56,242 bases of DNA, taken from positions 1 to 56,242 of the forward strand of contig JAPUKU010000056.1 in the NCBI GenBank assembly GCA_027295505.1, read 5' to 3'. The stretch is from Acidobacteriota bacterium. Its GTDB lineage: Bacteria; Acidobacteriota; Polarisedimenticolia; JAPUKU01. The notes under the pieces are model-generated. The model ran no database searches and was not told the origin of the DNA. It was given only the letters and a program-made list of their open reading frames with translations. Positions within the stretch are counted from its first letter, which is position 1; each line of letters begins with the position of its first letter. Made by a program: the position numbers and the translations under genes. Positions 16,350 through 26,241 of the stretch are shown in pieces.

Positions 16350-17003
16350 TCAAACAAGGATAGCTTTGATCTTCTCCTGGAGGGAGGGATCTGGATCGGC
16401 GAATCGGAATCCGAGCGCATGGCGATCCTTGCCCGCAAGGCGGGTGTGGCGGATCACCTCGGCGATCGCGCGCAGGGGTTCATCCCCCCCGGGTAGCTTG
16501 AACTGGATCTCAACGCGCGTTCCCAAGTTGAGCGGGTGGGAGGCGACGACCAGCATGCCATCGGGGCTGAGATTCTGGCAGGTGCCGGAGACCTGGTCAC
16601 GCCGGCTTCCGTAGACAACCTCTACCTGAATGCTGGCGCGTTCGGCGGAACGCTGCGCGACGCCAAGGATCCGGGAGATCCGCTGCATCAGATCGTCCGG
16701 ATCCACAGGGCGGGTTACCTGCTCGTCCCAGGCGGCGGCCCCCAGTTCGGCGTCCTCGGGACTCGTGATCAGGATCCTGGGCGCACCCCGTGCTCCGCTC
16801 GAGGCAAGCCTGCGGCACAGATCAGCCCCGCTTCCGTCCGGCAGGAGATATGAAACGACAATCAAATCCGGTTTCTCTTCGGCCAGGATCTCTTCCGCTT
16901 CAGCCACACTGCGGGCGTTCAGGATCTGGCAGCCGATGCGGCCAAAGAAGCCGCGCCTGAATTGCTGATAAAAATCGGAATCCTCGACGAAGAGTACAAC
17001 CAT
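16350..17003 (-). CDS. Receiver-like domain + PilZ domain protein
   Basis: VLFVED...PDLIVVS receiver fold; RSAER and NLSPDG PilZ motifs; ATG 17003 lies downstream of the promoter. Confidence 0.75.
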   Translation of the reverse strand: MVVLFVEDSDFYQQFRRGFFGRIGCQILNARSVAEAEEILAEEKPDLIVVSYLLPDGSGADLCRRLASSGARGAPRILITSPEDAELGAAAWDEQVTRPVDPDDLMQRISRILGVAQRSAERASIQVEVVYGSRRDQVSGTCQNLSPDGMLVVASHPLNLGTRVEIQFKLPGGDEPLRAIAEVIRHTRLAGKDRHALGFRFADPDPSLQEKIKAILV

Positions 17004-17035
17004 GACGTGACGCGCAGGGGGCGCTAGGAGAAGCG

Positions 17036-17064
17036 AGACTAATGGGTTCACCTTTCGGTGTCAA
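17036..17064 (-). promoter_or_regulatory. sigma70-type promoter of the REC-PilZ gene
   Basis: TTGACA-N17-TAGTCT. Confidence 0.55.
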
Positions 17065-17109
17065 GAACACCCCGCCTCCTCAGGGCGGTCAGTCTCTGCC
17101 AGCGGCAAG

Positions 17110-18432
17110 TCAGTAGGCCGCCAGGTAGCGTTCCACCTCCCAGGGGTGAATCTGGGCAATGTATTCGGCCCACTCTTGGCGCTTGGCCGTCAGGTAGTTC
17201 GTGTAGATGTGCTCTCCGAGCACAGCCTGGACAACGGCGTCCTTGCGCAAAGCAATGATGGCATCGTTCAGATCGGTGGGCAGGTTCTCTATCTTCAGAC
17301 GCCGGCGCTCCCGCTGGCTCATGTTGTAGATGTTCTTGTTGATTGGCTCACCAGGATCCCTGCGGTTGGCAATCCCATCCAGACCGGCTCCGAGCATCAC
17401 CGCGAGGGCCAGATAGGGATTGCAGGCGGGATCGGGCATACGAAGCTCGGCCCGGGTGCCTACGCCGCGCCGATCGGGCACACGTAGCAGCGGGGAGCGA
17501 TTGCGCTCCGACCAGGCAACGTTGGTCGGGGCCTCATAGCCGGGCACCAGGCGCTTGTAGGAGTTGATCAGCGGATTGGTGATCGCGCAGAACCCTCTCG
17601 CATGCGCGAGCACACCGCCGATGTACCACATGCATAGGTCACTCAGCTCGTACTTACTCTTGGGATCGTGGAACACGTTCGAGCCGCCCTTGAAGAGCGA
17701 CTGGTGCGTGTGCATCCCCGAGCCATTCTGGCCGTAGAGCGGTTTCGGCATGAAGGTGGCGTGAAGATCAAAATCGAGGGCCACCTTCCGGACAATGTGC
17801 CTGAAGGTGGCGATGTGGTCGGCCGTCATCACCGCCTCCGCGTACTTGAAGTCGATCTCGTGCTGACCCGGGGCGACCTCGTGATGCGCCGCCTCTACCT
17901 CGAAACCCATGAGCTCGAGCACCTCGACGATACGGCGTCGGCATTCCTCCCCCCGATCGATCGGGGTGAGATCGAAGTACCCTCCCGCGTCGTGCGTGCG
18001 GGTGGTCGGGTTGCCCTGCTCATCCTGATGGAAAAGAAAGAATTCGGCTTCGGTGCCGGCCATCATCGTGTACCCCAGTGCACCGGCCTGCTCGCAGACC
18101 CGCTTAAGCGCCAGGCGCGGACAGCCACCGAAAGGCCGGCCGTCGGGATGGTGGATATCGCAGATAAGTCGGGCGACCTTGCCGCTGGAGTTGGCCCAGG
18201 GGTACACGCGGAAGGTGCTGAGTTCCGGCGCCAGGACCATGTCCGATTCCTCGATCCGTACGAAGCCCTCGATCGATGAGCCATCAAACAGAACCTGGCC
18301 ATCGAGCGCCTTCTCGAACTGGTTGCGGGGCACCTCGACGTTCTTGACCCGCCCCAAGATGTCCGTGAACTGAAGCCGAAGGAACCGGACCTCTTCCTTC
18401 TCGACCTGTTTGAGGATTTCAGCTCGCTCCAT
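17110..18432 (-). CDS. glnA: Glutamine synthetase type I (GSI-alpha-like)
   Basis: FDGSSIEGF, HHEVAPGQHEI, ATFMPKP, NGSGMH, NSYKRLVPGYEAP; SD GGGAGGAG. Confidence 0.93.
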   Translation of the reverse strand: MERAEILKQVEKEEVRFLRLQFTDILGRVKNVEVPRNQFEKALDGQVLFDGSSIEGFVRIEESDMVLAPELSTFRVYPWANSSGKVARLICDIHHPDGRPFGGCPRLALKRVCEQAGALGYTMMAGTEAEFFLFHQDEQGNPTTRTHDAGGYFDLTPIDRGEECRRRIVEVLELMGFEVEAAHHEVAPGQHEIDFKYAEAVMTADHIATFRHIVRKVALDFDLHATFMPKPLYGQNGSGMHTHQSLFKGGSNVFHDPKSKYELSDLCMWYIGGVLAHARGFCAITNPLINSYKRLVPGYEAPTNVAWSERNRSPLLRVPDRRGVGTRAELRMPDPACNPYLALAVMLGAGLDGIANRRDPGEPINKNIYNMSQRERRRLKIENLPTDLNDAIIALRKDAVVQAVLGEHIYTNYLTAKRQEWAEYIAQIHPWEVERYLAAY

Positions 18433-18507
18433 GCACTCCTCCCTCTTACTGCCTGGCAGAGTAGCCGCCGGAGCAGCGTGCCAGATTTGATTGTTGGAAA
18501 GATGGTA

Positions 18508-18536
18508 ATCTTAGGTGTTTCTACCTGTAGTGTCAA
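18508..18536 (-). promoter_or_regulatory. sigma70-type promoter of glnA
   Basis: TTGACA-N17-TAAGAT. Confidence 0.65.
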
Positions 18537-18901
18537 CGAAAGTTTGCAAAACAGATCATTTTTTTAGATCGATATCTACAATTTACTGAAATCTATTAAA
18601 TACTGACCTGTAGATTATACGGTATAGTCACTTTTTATAGATCGATCGAACGCTACAGGCGGCCTTCTCCAGCCTGGCCCCTGTCCAGATCCCGTCATGA
18701 CCCTGTCCAGTTACGCAACCGATTCCATAAGTTTATTTATAACAATTGTTTACAAACAAATACCCCGCCCAGCCCCGCAGACGTGTCCAGGGGATGCTCA
18801 TGAGGGTGTGCCGCCAAACCCTCGAAATCCACACCCAAAAAAATATCTAAATCATTCAATCTAAATGGATTAAACATGTATTTGCCAAAATGGCATAACC
18901 A

Positions 18902-18917
18902 TGGCACGCCTGTTGCT
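18902..18917 (+). promoter_or_regulatory. sigma54 (-24/-12) promoter upstream of the S8 peptidase
   Basis: TGGCAC-GCCTG-TTGCT, preceded by an AT-rich tract with an IHF-like site (18740-18752). Confidence 0.7.
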
Positions 18918-19009
18918 CTCTCACCATGCGGATGCCGCGCTAGCGGTTCCGCCAGCGGGAACCTGGAGATTGAACCCACTGGAGATTGCCAAGGAGGGCA
19001 ACACTTTAT

Positions 19010-20731
19010 ATGCGAGTAACCCGATGCATCGCTTCAATCCTCTGGACAATGGCCATCGGCGCCCTGGTCTGCGTTGCGGCGTCCACTTCAGCCCTGGCGG
19101 CCCGAACGGACCGCGCGCTCGAGAGGGCCGCGAACGGCCGGCCTCAGATGGTCGATGTCATTGTTCAGACACCCGACAGGCCGACCTTCGAAGATCGTAC
19201 TCTGGTGGGCGCCTTCGGAGGCGAGGCCGGACTGCCGTTTTCTAGCATCAACGGCTTCCCGGCCCGAGTACCTTCTCCAGCGCTGAAGGGCCTGGCTAAC
19301 AATCCGCGCTTCAGCAGCCTGTCGCTCGATGCACCGATGAAATCATTCTGGGACCGTAATGCCGTGCGCCCCCCCGTGGGCGCTCCGGAGGCCTTCGCGA
19401 CTTACGGCGCGACAGGGGCCGGCGTCGGTGTGGCGGTCGTGGACAGCGGCGTTGCGAACCACGAGGACTTCAGTAACGGCGTTAACTCTAGCATTCGTGG
19501 GTTTGTAGATTTTGTCGGTGACACGGACAAAAAACTCATTGACCCGTACGGCCACGGCACGCACGTGGCCGGGATCCTCGCAGGGCACGGAAGCGCGGTC
19601 GACCGTTTCTCCGGTATCGCCCCGGGATCCTCGCTCTACATTCTGCGCGTTCTGGACGGGAACGGCCGAGGCACCGTCAGCAACGTGCTGAGAGCGCTCG
19701 ACTGGATCCGCCATAACGCAGCGGCCCACAACATCCGCATCGTCAACCTGTCGCTGGGACACCCTGTCTTCGAGCCCTACAACAGCGACCCACTCTGCAA
19801 GGCGGTTGAGGACCTGGTCAGGAGAGGCATTGTCGTGGTGGCCGCCGCCGGCAACTACGGACTCTGCGACGGCGCCGAGTGTTACGGAGGTATTACGGTT
19901 CCGGGCAACTCCCCTTACGCGATCACGGTCGGCGCCATGAACCCCAGGGGCACAGCCTCACGCGTTGACGACGTCATGGCGCGGTTTTCCTCCCGCGGGC
20001 CGACGTTCGTCGATGGCATCGTAAAACCTGACATAGTGGCCAACGGAGTGTTCTCGGTGTCGATGACCTCACCTGGCTCTTACTTCGAGACCCGGTACGG
20101 TGAGCTCGAGGTGAGCTCGACCGAATACGACGCGTCGGTGGGCTCCGGAGACTACTTCCTTCTCAGCGGCACCTCGATGGCCGCGCCCGTGGTATCGGGT
20201 ATCGCCGCGATGATGCTGCAGAAGAACCCGTCCCTCACCCCGAACCTTGTGAAGGCAATTCTCATGTACACCGCGGAGGATCGCGGCTACGACATCATGA
20301 CCCAGGGCGCCGGGTATGTGAACGCGCCGGGTGCCGTCGAGGTTGCCGAGAGCATCACAACCAATCCGACCTCCGTTGGCGATGGAGAGTACTGGTTGAC
20401 CTCTCCGTTGAGCGGATCCAGCACCATCGACGGCCAGGGCGTACTGTGGACCGGGCGACTCCTGTTCACCACGTCGATCCTGACGAGCTCATCGCAGAAC
20501 CCCATCGTCGGCTACAACTTCGAAGAGCTATGGGGCCAGGGCGTGCTCTGGAACTACATGCAGACCGTCTACTCTTACGAGTTCGACGATCTCGACATCG
20601 AATCGAGCGCGGTCTACTGGACCGGTGGCGTCAGTTCCTTCTCGGTGCTGTGGACTTCGTGGCAAACCCAGAGCGCCAGCGATCTGATCTACAGTGAGGG
20701 ATATCGTTGGGACGGGAAAAAGAATCGATGA
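19010..20731 (+). CDS. Secreted S8 (subtilisin-like, AprX-type) serine peptidase
   Basis: VAVVDSG, HGTHVAG, AAAGN, GTSMAAP catalytic motifs; signal peptide; AAGGAGG upstream of ATG 19010. Confidence 0.92.
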   Translation: MRVTRCIASILWTMAIGALVCVAASTSALAARTDRALERAANGRPQMVDVIVQTPDRPTFEDRTLVGAFGGEAGLPFSSINGFPARVPSPALKGLANNPRFSSLSLDAPMKSFWDRNAVRPPVGAPEAFATYGATGAGVGVAVVDSGVANHEDFSNGVNSSIRGFVDFVGDTDKKLIDPYGHGTHVAGILAGHGSAVDRFSGIAPGSSLYILRVLDGNGRGTVSNVLRALDWIRHNAAAHNIRIVNLSLGHPVFEPYNSDPLCKAVEDLVRRGIVVVAAAGNYGLCDGAECYGGITVPGNSPYAITVGAMNPRGTASRVDDVMARFSSRGPTFVDGIVKPDIVANGVFSVSMTSPGSYFETRYGELEVSSTEYDASVGSGDYFLLSGTSMAAPVVSGIAAMMLQKNPSLTPNLVKAILMYTAEDRGYDIMTQGAGYVNAPGAVEVAESITTNPTSVGDGEYWLTSPLSGSSTIDGQGVLWTGRLLFTTSILTSSSQNPIVGYNFEELWGQGVLWNYMQTVYSYEFDDLDIESSAVYWTGGVSSFSVLWTSWQTQSASDLIYSEGYRWDGKKNR

Positions 20732-20785
20732 TGTCTCAGGTCCCCTCCTGAGCCGCGCGGCCCGACCCAGCCCGCGCGCACCCCC

Positions 20786-20823
20786 AGGGCCCGGGATTCC
20801 CCCTCCCGGGCCCTCGCCTTTTC
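20786..20823 (+). terminator. Probable intrinsic terminator after the S8 gene
   Basis: AGGGCCCGGGA-N7-TCCCGGGCCCT stem followed by cgccttttct. Confidence 0.5.
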
Positions 20824-20957
20824 TCCCCCCGCAGGACGCAACCTTGACCCCCCCGGAAAGCCTCTGCTAAGATCCGCGCCGTTTTCACGAACTGACTTCC
20901 AGACCTGCCGACATTTCCAAGCCCGCGCCACGGGCTCCTGGCCGGAGGTTCCTGCCG

Positions 20958-21995
20958 ATGCGCCGCTGCTTCCTTCTCGCTCTACTGTTGCCTCTCCTGG
21001 TGCTCCTTGGTTGCCAGACAGGCCCACCAACCCTCAACCTGCTCGTATGGGAAGGGTACGCTGATCGCTCTTTCGCGGCCCCGTTCGAGGAACGCTTCAA
21101 CTGCAAGGTGACCGCTACCTATGTCGGCACCATGGACGAGTTCTTCACCAAGATCAAGGCAGGAGGGGGTGGCACCTACGATCTCATCTCCCCCTCAGGC
21201 AACGCCTGGAAGCGATTCATCGACAGCGACCTCGTTGAAGCGCTGAACCTCGAGAACATTCCTAACTTTGCTCTCCTGGCCCCCACATTTCAGAACCTGC
21301 AGGGGAATCGCAAGGATGGAGAGGTCTACGGGGTGACCTTCGCCTGGGGGCCGTGCCCGATCACTTACAACCGGGACGCCGTAGCCGAGGAGCCGTCGTC
21401 GTGGGAGGCCCTATTTGACCGTCGGTACCGCCGGCGCATCGCGGTTCAGGACGATCCGACGACGCTCTACACGATCGCCCTGTACATGGGGTACGAAGAT
21501 CCGTATAACCTCAACGACACGGATCTGCAGAAAGTGAAAGAAAAACTGCTCGAGCTCAAGCCGCAGGTCCGGAAGTTCTGGTCCACGGCAGGAGAGCTCA
21601 TCAACCTGTTCGTCAATGGCGAGGTTGACATGGCGCTCTCCTGGCCCTTGATCACCAACCAGCTCCGCCAGAAAGGCTTTAATGTGGGAGAAGTCACCCC
21701 CCGGGAAGGGGCCACCGGATGGATCGATTCCTGGATGATTGTCAAAGGCACGCAGCACAAAGATCTGGCCGAGAAGTGGATCAATTATATGCTCGAGCCG
21801 GAGACCCAGAAGAAGCTCACCGACGTGACCGACTACTGCCCGGCTGTGCCCGGCACGGCCGCTCTGCTCACCCCCGAGCGGGCACGCAACCTGCATATCG
21901 ACGATCCATCCTACTTCGACCAGCTCTCTTTCTGGGCCCATGTCGAGCGGCTCGACCGCTACCTCGAGGTCTGGAACGAGGTGAAGGCGCACTGA
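20958..21995 (+). CDS. potD: Polyamine ABC transporter substrate-binding lipoprotein (PotD/PotF family)
   Basis: LLGC lipobox, LNLLVWEGY, PREGATGWIDS, WINYMLEPE. Confidence 0.85.
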   Translation: MRRCFLLALLLPLLVLLGCQTGPPTLNLLVWEGYADRSFAAPFEERFNCKVTATYVGTMDEFFTKIKAGGGGTYDLISPSGNAWKRFIDSDLVEALNLENIPNFALLAPTFQNLQGNRKDGEVYGVTFAWGPCPITYNRDAVAEEPSSWEALFDRRYRRRIAVQDDPTTLYTIALYMGYEDPYNLNDTDLQKVKEKLLELKPQVRKFWSTAGELINLFVNGEVDMALSWPLITNQLRQKGFNVGEVTPREGATGWIDSWMIVKGTQHKDLAEKWINYMLEPETQKKLTDVTDYCPAVPGTAALLTPERARNLHIDDPSYFDQLSFWAHVERLDRYLEVWNEVKAH

Positions 21996-22014
21996 CCCGC
22001 GGCGGGCGCGCCTG

Positions 22015-23118
22015 ATGACCGATCACGCTCCGCTCGAGCACCTGCGCCTCCAGGCGCTCTGGAAATCGTTCGGCGATGTGAAGGCCGTGCGCGGCATCGA
22101 CCTCAGCGTGTCGCGCGGCGAGTTCCTGACGCTGCTGGGCCCGAGCGGCTGCGGTAAGACCACGACCCTCCGCATGGTGGCAGGTTTCGAACCCCCCACG
22201 TCGGGCACCATTCTCTTGCACGGCAAGGACATCACGAACGAACCACCCAACTCCCGTCCGATTAATACGGTTTTCCAGCACTACGCTCTGTTTCCCCATC
22301 TCTCCGTTGAGGAAAACATCGCTTTTGGCCTGCGAATGCGCGGCGTCCCTGCCACCGAGCGCCAGCGGCAGGTGACGGATGCCCTGCGGGCCGTCGCCCT
22401 TCCCGGCTTTGAACGTCGCCACCCCCGGCAGCTCTCGGGCGGCCAGCAGCAGCGTGTTGCCCTGGCACGCGCCCTGGTGAACCGGCCCGAGATCCTTCTG
22501 CTGGATGAGCCTCTCGGGGCGCTAGATCTGAAGCTGCGAAGACAGATGCAGCTCGAACTGCGGGCGCTTCACCGCGAAGTCGGCATCTCCTTCCTCTATG
22601 TCACCCACGATCAGGAGGAAGCGCTGGCGATGAGTGATCGGGTAGCAGTGATGAACGCCGGGCGCATCGAGCAGATCGGTTCACCACGCGAAATTTACGA
22701 GCAGCCCATAAGTCGTTTCGTGGCTGATTTCATCGGCGAGACAAACCTGCTCGAGGGACGGGTGGTGCGGGTCGACGGCACGCGGGTGCAGGTGAAGCTC
22801 GGTCCGCACATACTGCACGCGCTGGGGGAAGGTTGCGTCACCGGTACGCAGGTCGCTCTGTCGATACGCCCTGAGCGCTGGACCCTCACCGAGGGCGTCC
22901 GGGACGCCGACATGAACCGCTTCTCCGGCCGGGTGCGCGAATCGGTGTACGCGGGCTCGGTGCTGCGCCAGGTCGTGGAACTCGAGGGGGGCATCACCGT
23001 GGTGGCCACCCGCCCAGGAAACCTCGCAGGCGAGCCGGCGGGATCGGCCGTGACGCTGACCATCATTCCCTCCGATGTCGTGGTCCTGCCGGCCGGGCCG
23101 CCGGACCCCCCGGCATGA
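22015..23118 (+). CDS. potA: Polyamine ABC transporter ATP-binding protein
   Basis: [44 protein letters not shown]-like C-terminus. Confidence 0.9.
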   Translation: MTDHAPLEHLRLQALWKSFGDVKAVRGIDLSVSRGEFLTLLGPSGCGKTTTLRMVAGFEPPTSGTILLHGKDITNEPPNSRPINTVFQHYALFPHLSVEENIAFGLRMRGVPATERQRQVTDALRAVALPGFERRHPRQLSGGQQQRVALARALVNRPEILLLDEPLGALDLKLRRQMQLELRALHREVGISFLYVTHDQEEALAMSDRVAVMNAGRIEQIGSPREIYEQPISRFVADFIGETNLLEGRVVRVDGTRVQVKLGPHILHALGEGCVTGTQVALSIRPERWTLTEGVRDADMNRFSGRVRESVYAGSVLRQVVELEGGITVVATRPGNLAGEPAGSAVTLTIIPSDVVVLPAGPPDPPA

Positions 23119-23972
23119 GGGCCGACGCCGACACCCGACATTACTGGCCGCTGCTGCTGCCGGTGAGCCTCTGGAGCCTGGCACTACTGTTGGCTCCCCT
23201 CTCCATTCTTTTTGCGATCTCTTTTTTCAATGTCGAGTACGTAACCCTCATCCCCGCGTTCACTCCCGACAATTACTTAAAGGTCCTGACCCGCCCTCTG
23301 TACTCGGGCCTGCTGTTGAAGACATTTAAGATCGCCGCGCAGGTCAGCCTCTGCTGTGTGCTTCTCGCTTACCCCGCTGCCTATTTCCTAGTGCATCTTC
23401 CTCCAAGACTACGACAGACCCTGTACTTCATGGCTATCGTTCCCCTGTGGATCTCTTATCTCATCCGCTGCTACGCCTGGAAGCTGATCCTGGGGCAGAA
23501 CGGAGTCCTCAATTCGTTCCTGCAGTGGATCGGCATGACACAGGAGCCGATTGCCGCTTTCCTTTACAGCGAGTTCGCGCTCACCTTGACCCTGTCACAC
23601 GTTTACGTAGCGTTCGTGCTCATGCCTGTCTACTCCTCACTGGAGAAGATTCCGCGCCATTTGGGAGAGGCGGCTTCCGACCTGTACGCCAGTCCCTGGC
23701 AGCGGTTGCGCCGGGTGACGCTGCCCCTGTCGATGCCCGGGGTGGTGACGGGGGCCACGTTCGTCTTCAGCCTCACCCTCGGCGATTTCGTTGCCGCCAC
23801 GCTCGTCGGTGGTCCGGAGAACCTGATGATTGGCATGGTGGTGTGGAATCTCTTCGGCACCGCGTACCAGTGGCCGTTGGGAGCGGCCATCTCGTTTCTG
23901 ATCCTCATGGTCGTGCTCGGCTTGGTGAGCTTGGCCGACCGCATCGGTGCTCTGCGCCGGGTGGAGCTGTGA
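23115..23972 (+). CDS. potB: Polyamine ABC transporter permease
   Basis: AYPAAY, EAASDL, VTLPLSMPG; ATGA overlap with potA. Confidence 0.85.
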   Translation: MRADADTRHYWPLLLPVSLWSLALLLAPLSILFAISFFNVEYVTLIPAFTPDNYLKVLTRPLYSGLLLKTFKIAAQVSLCCVLLAYPAAYFLVHLPPRLRQTLYFMAIVPLWISYLIRCYAWKLILGQNGVLNSFLQWIGMTQEPIAAFLYSEFALTLTLSHVYVAFVLMPVYSSLEKIPRHLGEAASDLYASPWQRLRRVTLPLSMPGVVTGATFVFSLTLGDFVAATLVGGPENLMIGMVVWNLFGTAYQWPLGAAISFLILMVVLGLVSLADRIGALRRVEL

Positions 23973-24757
23973 GCTCCTCTGGCACCGGCCTCTCGAGGTT
24001 GCTGCTCCTCGGCTACGGCATAGCGTTCTTCGGCTTCCTGTACCTTCCCCTCGCCGTGATCGTGTTGTTTTCGTTCGATGCCTCCTCTGTCTCATCGTTT
24101 CCGCTCGAAGGCTGGACCCTCCACTGGTACCGGGAGCTCTTCTCAGATGGGGCTCTTCTAGGCGCGCTCTGGAACAGCCTGCGCGTTGCCGTGGTGGCAA
24201 CGGCCGGTGCCGTGCTGCTGGGCACCTCCGGAGCTCTGGGTCTCGATCGCTGCAGGTTTCCGGGACGGGGTCTGCTTCAGCGCCTGGTGCTGATGCCAAT
24301 CGTTCTGCCCGGGATTCTGACCGGTGTTTCTTTTCTGACTTTCTTTGCGAGCCTCAACTGGCCCCTGTCTCTCACGACAGTGACACTCTGCCATGTCACA
24401 TTCTGCGTTCCCATCGTCCTCACCCAGGTGCTCGCCCGACTGCGCCGCTTCGATCGCCGCCTGGAGGACGCGGCCATGGATCTGTATGCCAATCGGCTCA
24501 AGACTCTCCTGTATGTCACGCTGCCATCCCTGCGTACCTCGATCCTGGGAGGAGCGCTCCTGGCGTTCACACTCTCGATGGATGAGATCGTCGTCACACT
24601 GTTCGTGACCGGGCGGGACAACACCCTGCCGATGCAGGTGTGGGCCATGCTGCGCCGCGGGATCACCCCGGAGGTGAATGCCATTGCCACCCTGGTTCTG
24701 GTGGCCTCGTCACTCCTGGTGGCACTGGCCGCAGGCCGTCTCAGAACAGACAATTAG
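23969..24757 (+). CDS. potC: Polyamine ABC transporter permease
   Basis: FLYLPL, TLHWY, LEDAAMDL, AFTLSMDE, TPEVNA; GTGA overlap with potB. Confidence 0.85.
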   Translation: MSSSGTGLSRLLLLGYGIAFFGFLYLPLAVIVLFSFDASSVSSFPLEGWTLHWYRELFSDGALLGALWNSLRVAVVATAGAVLLGTSGALGLDRCRFPGRGLLQRLVLMPIVLPGILTGVSFLTFFASLNWPLSLTTVTLCHVTFCVPIVLTQVLARLRRFDRRLEDAAMDLYANRLKTLLYVTLPSLRTSILGGALLAFTLSMDEIVVTLFVTGRDNTLPMQVWAMLRRGITPEVNAIATLVLVASSLLVALAAGRLRTDN

Positions 24758-24824
24758 GCCCGGGATTACGGCAACCCTTTCCTGGTTGCGCCGGTCAGGC
24801 ACGTTCGGCTGTGATATTATTTGT

Positions 24825-24852
24825 GGTCGGAGCGCGCTTGGCTCCGACCTTT
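24825..24852 (+). terminator. Stem-loop between potC and the aminotransferase (terminator or 5' hairpin)
   Basis: GGTCGGAGC-N7-GCTCCGACC followed by ttt. Confidence 0.4.
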
Positions 24853-24861
24853 CCGCGTTTT

Positions 24862-26145
24862 ATGGGACGATCCAGCGACATCATCAGCGGACACCAGGAG
24901 TATCTGTTCCCCTGTGTGAACGTTTACTACGACGACCCCGTGGTGATCACCCGGGGAAAGATGGGACGGGTATGCGACGCCGACGGACGCGAGTACATTG
25001 ATTTCTTCGGTGGCATCCTTACCATCAGCGTCGGGCACTGCAACCCCGAGATCACCGACCGGGTGGTTGCACAGATGCGAGAGTTACAGCACGCTTCCAC
25101 CCTCTACCCCACCGAACCTCAGGTTCAGCTGGCCAAGCGTCTCGCCGGCCTGACTCCGGGAGGCCTCAAGAAGTCGTTCTTCACTAACAGCGGGACCGAG
25201 GCGAACGAGACGGCCATTCTGCTGGCGCAGTTGTTCACGGACGCCACCGACGTCATCGTCCTACGCCACGCTTACCACGGGCGCTCTGCCCTGACCATGA
25301 GCATGGGGGGGATGGCACCGTGGCGAGTCCAGCGCATTCCGGTGGGAGGCATCAGCCACGCGCACGCCGCCTACTGCTACCGGTGCGCCCTTGGCCGCAG
25401 CTACCCAGACTGTGGGGTGGCGTGCGCGTCGGACGTCGAGGAACTCATTCAGACGGCCACATCCGGGCGCATTGCCGCGGTCATTGCCGAGCCGATTCAA
25501 GGAGTGGGCGGCTATATCACTCCCCCCCCGGGCTACTTCGAGGAGCTGGTGCGAATCGTCCGAAGCCATGGCGGCCTCTTCATTTGCGATGAGGTACAGA
25601 CCGGCTTTGGCCGCACGGGCAAGATGTTCGGCATTCAACACTGGAACGTCGAACCCGACATCATGACCTTTGCCAAGGGACTCGCCAACGGCGTCCCCAT
25701 CGGCGTGACCATTGCCCGGGAGGACATTGCCGACGCGTTCAAAGGCCAGAGCATCTCGACCTTCGGGGGCAATCCCGTCAGCGCCACGGCCGCTCTGGCA
25801 ACGCTCGACTACATCGAACAGAAGAACCTCGTCGAAAATGCCCGGATCCAGGGAGAGCGCTTGCGCAACCACCTGCTCGACCTCCAGAAAAAGTGCCCGG
25901 CCATTCGGGACGTACGGGGCCTGGGTCTCATGCAGGCCATCGAGTTTGCGTCTGAAGACGGCACACCTCTGGCGGATGAAACCGCGCGTGCCTTTGAGGA
26001 GACCCGACACCAGGGGCTGCTGCTGGGCCGGGGGGGGCTCTACAAGAACTGCCTGCGCATCGCGCCTACGCTCAACGTGAGCGCGGAGGATATCGACGAG
26101 TCGATGCGCATCCTCGGGCAGTCGCTCACCGCGCTGGGAGGCTAA
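24862..26145 (+). CDS. Class III aminotransferase (GABA/AGXT2-like omega-aminotransferase)
   Basis: NSGTEAN, YHGR, EPIQG, DEVQTGFGRTG, FAKG, STFGGNP. Confidence 0.88.
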   Translation: MGRSSDIISGHQEYLFPCVNVYYDDPVVITRGKMGRVCDADGREYIDFFGGILTISVGHCNPEITDRVVAQMRELQHASTLYPTEPQVQLAKRLAGLTPGGLKKSFFTNSGTEANETAILLAQLFTDATDVIVLRHAYHGRSALTMSMGGMAPWRVQRIPVGGISHAHAAYCYRCALGRSYPDCGVACASDVEELIQTATSGRIAAVIAEPIQGVGGYITPPPGYFEELVRIVRSHGGLFICDEVQTGFGRTGKMFGIQHWNVEPDIMTFAKGLANGVPIGVTIAREDIADAFKGQSISTFGGNPVSATAALATLDYIEQKNLVENARIQGERLRNHLLDLQKKCPAIRDVRGLGLMQAIEFASEDGTPLADETARAFEETRHQGLLLGRGGLYKNCLRIAPTLNVSAEDIDESMRILGQSLTALGG

Positions 26146-26241
26146 GCCCGAGAGAGGGGGGGGCCTCACCTTGCCGACAATCCGATCCGTTTGATAACAT
26201 GGAAGTTATCGCCCCTGGAACAACTTCGATGAGAGGATCTC

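Noticed and set aside
16235-16438. 67-aa minus-strand ORF between the PilZ gene and the ABC exporter
   Set aside because: It overlaps the PilZ gene, has no SD and shows no motif.
23447-23968. N-terminal extension of potC in the ORF track (likewise for ORFs starting at 24640, 28132, 39442 and 55343)
   Set aside because: They overlap neighbouring genes or promoters; coupled or downstream starts fit the family lengths better.
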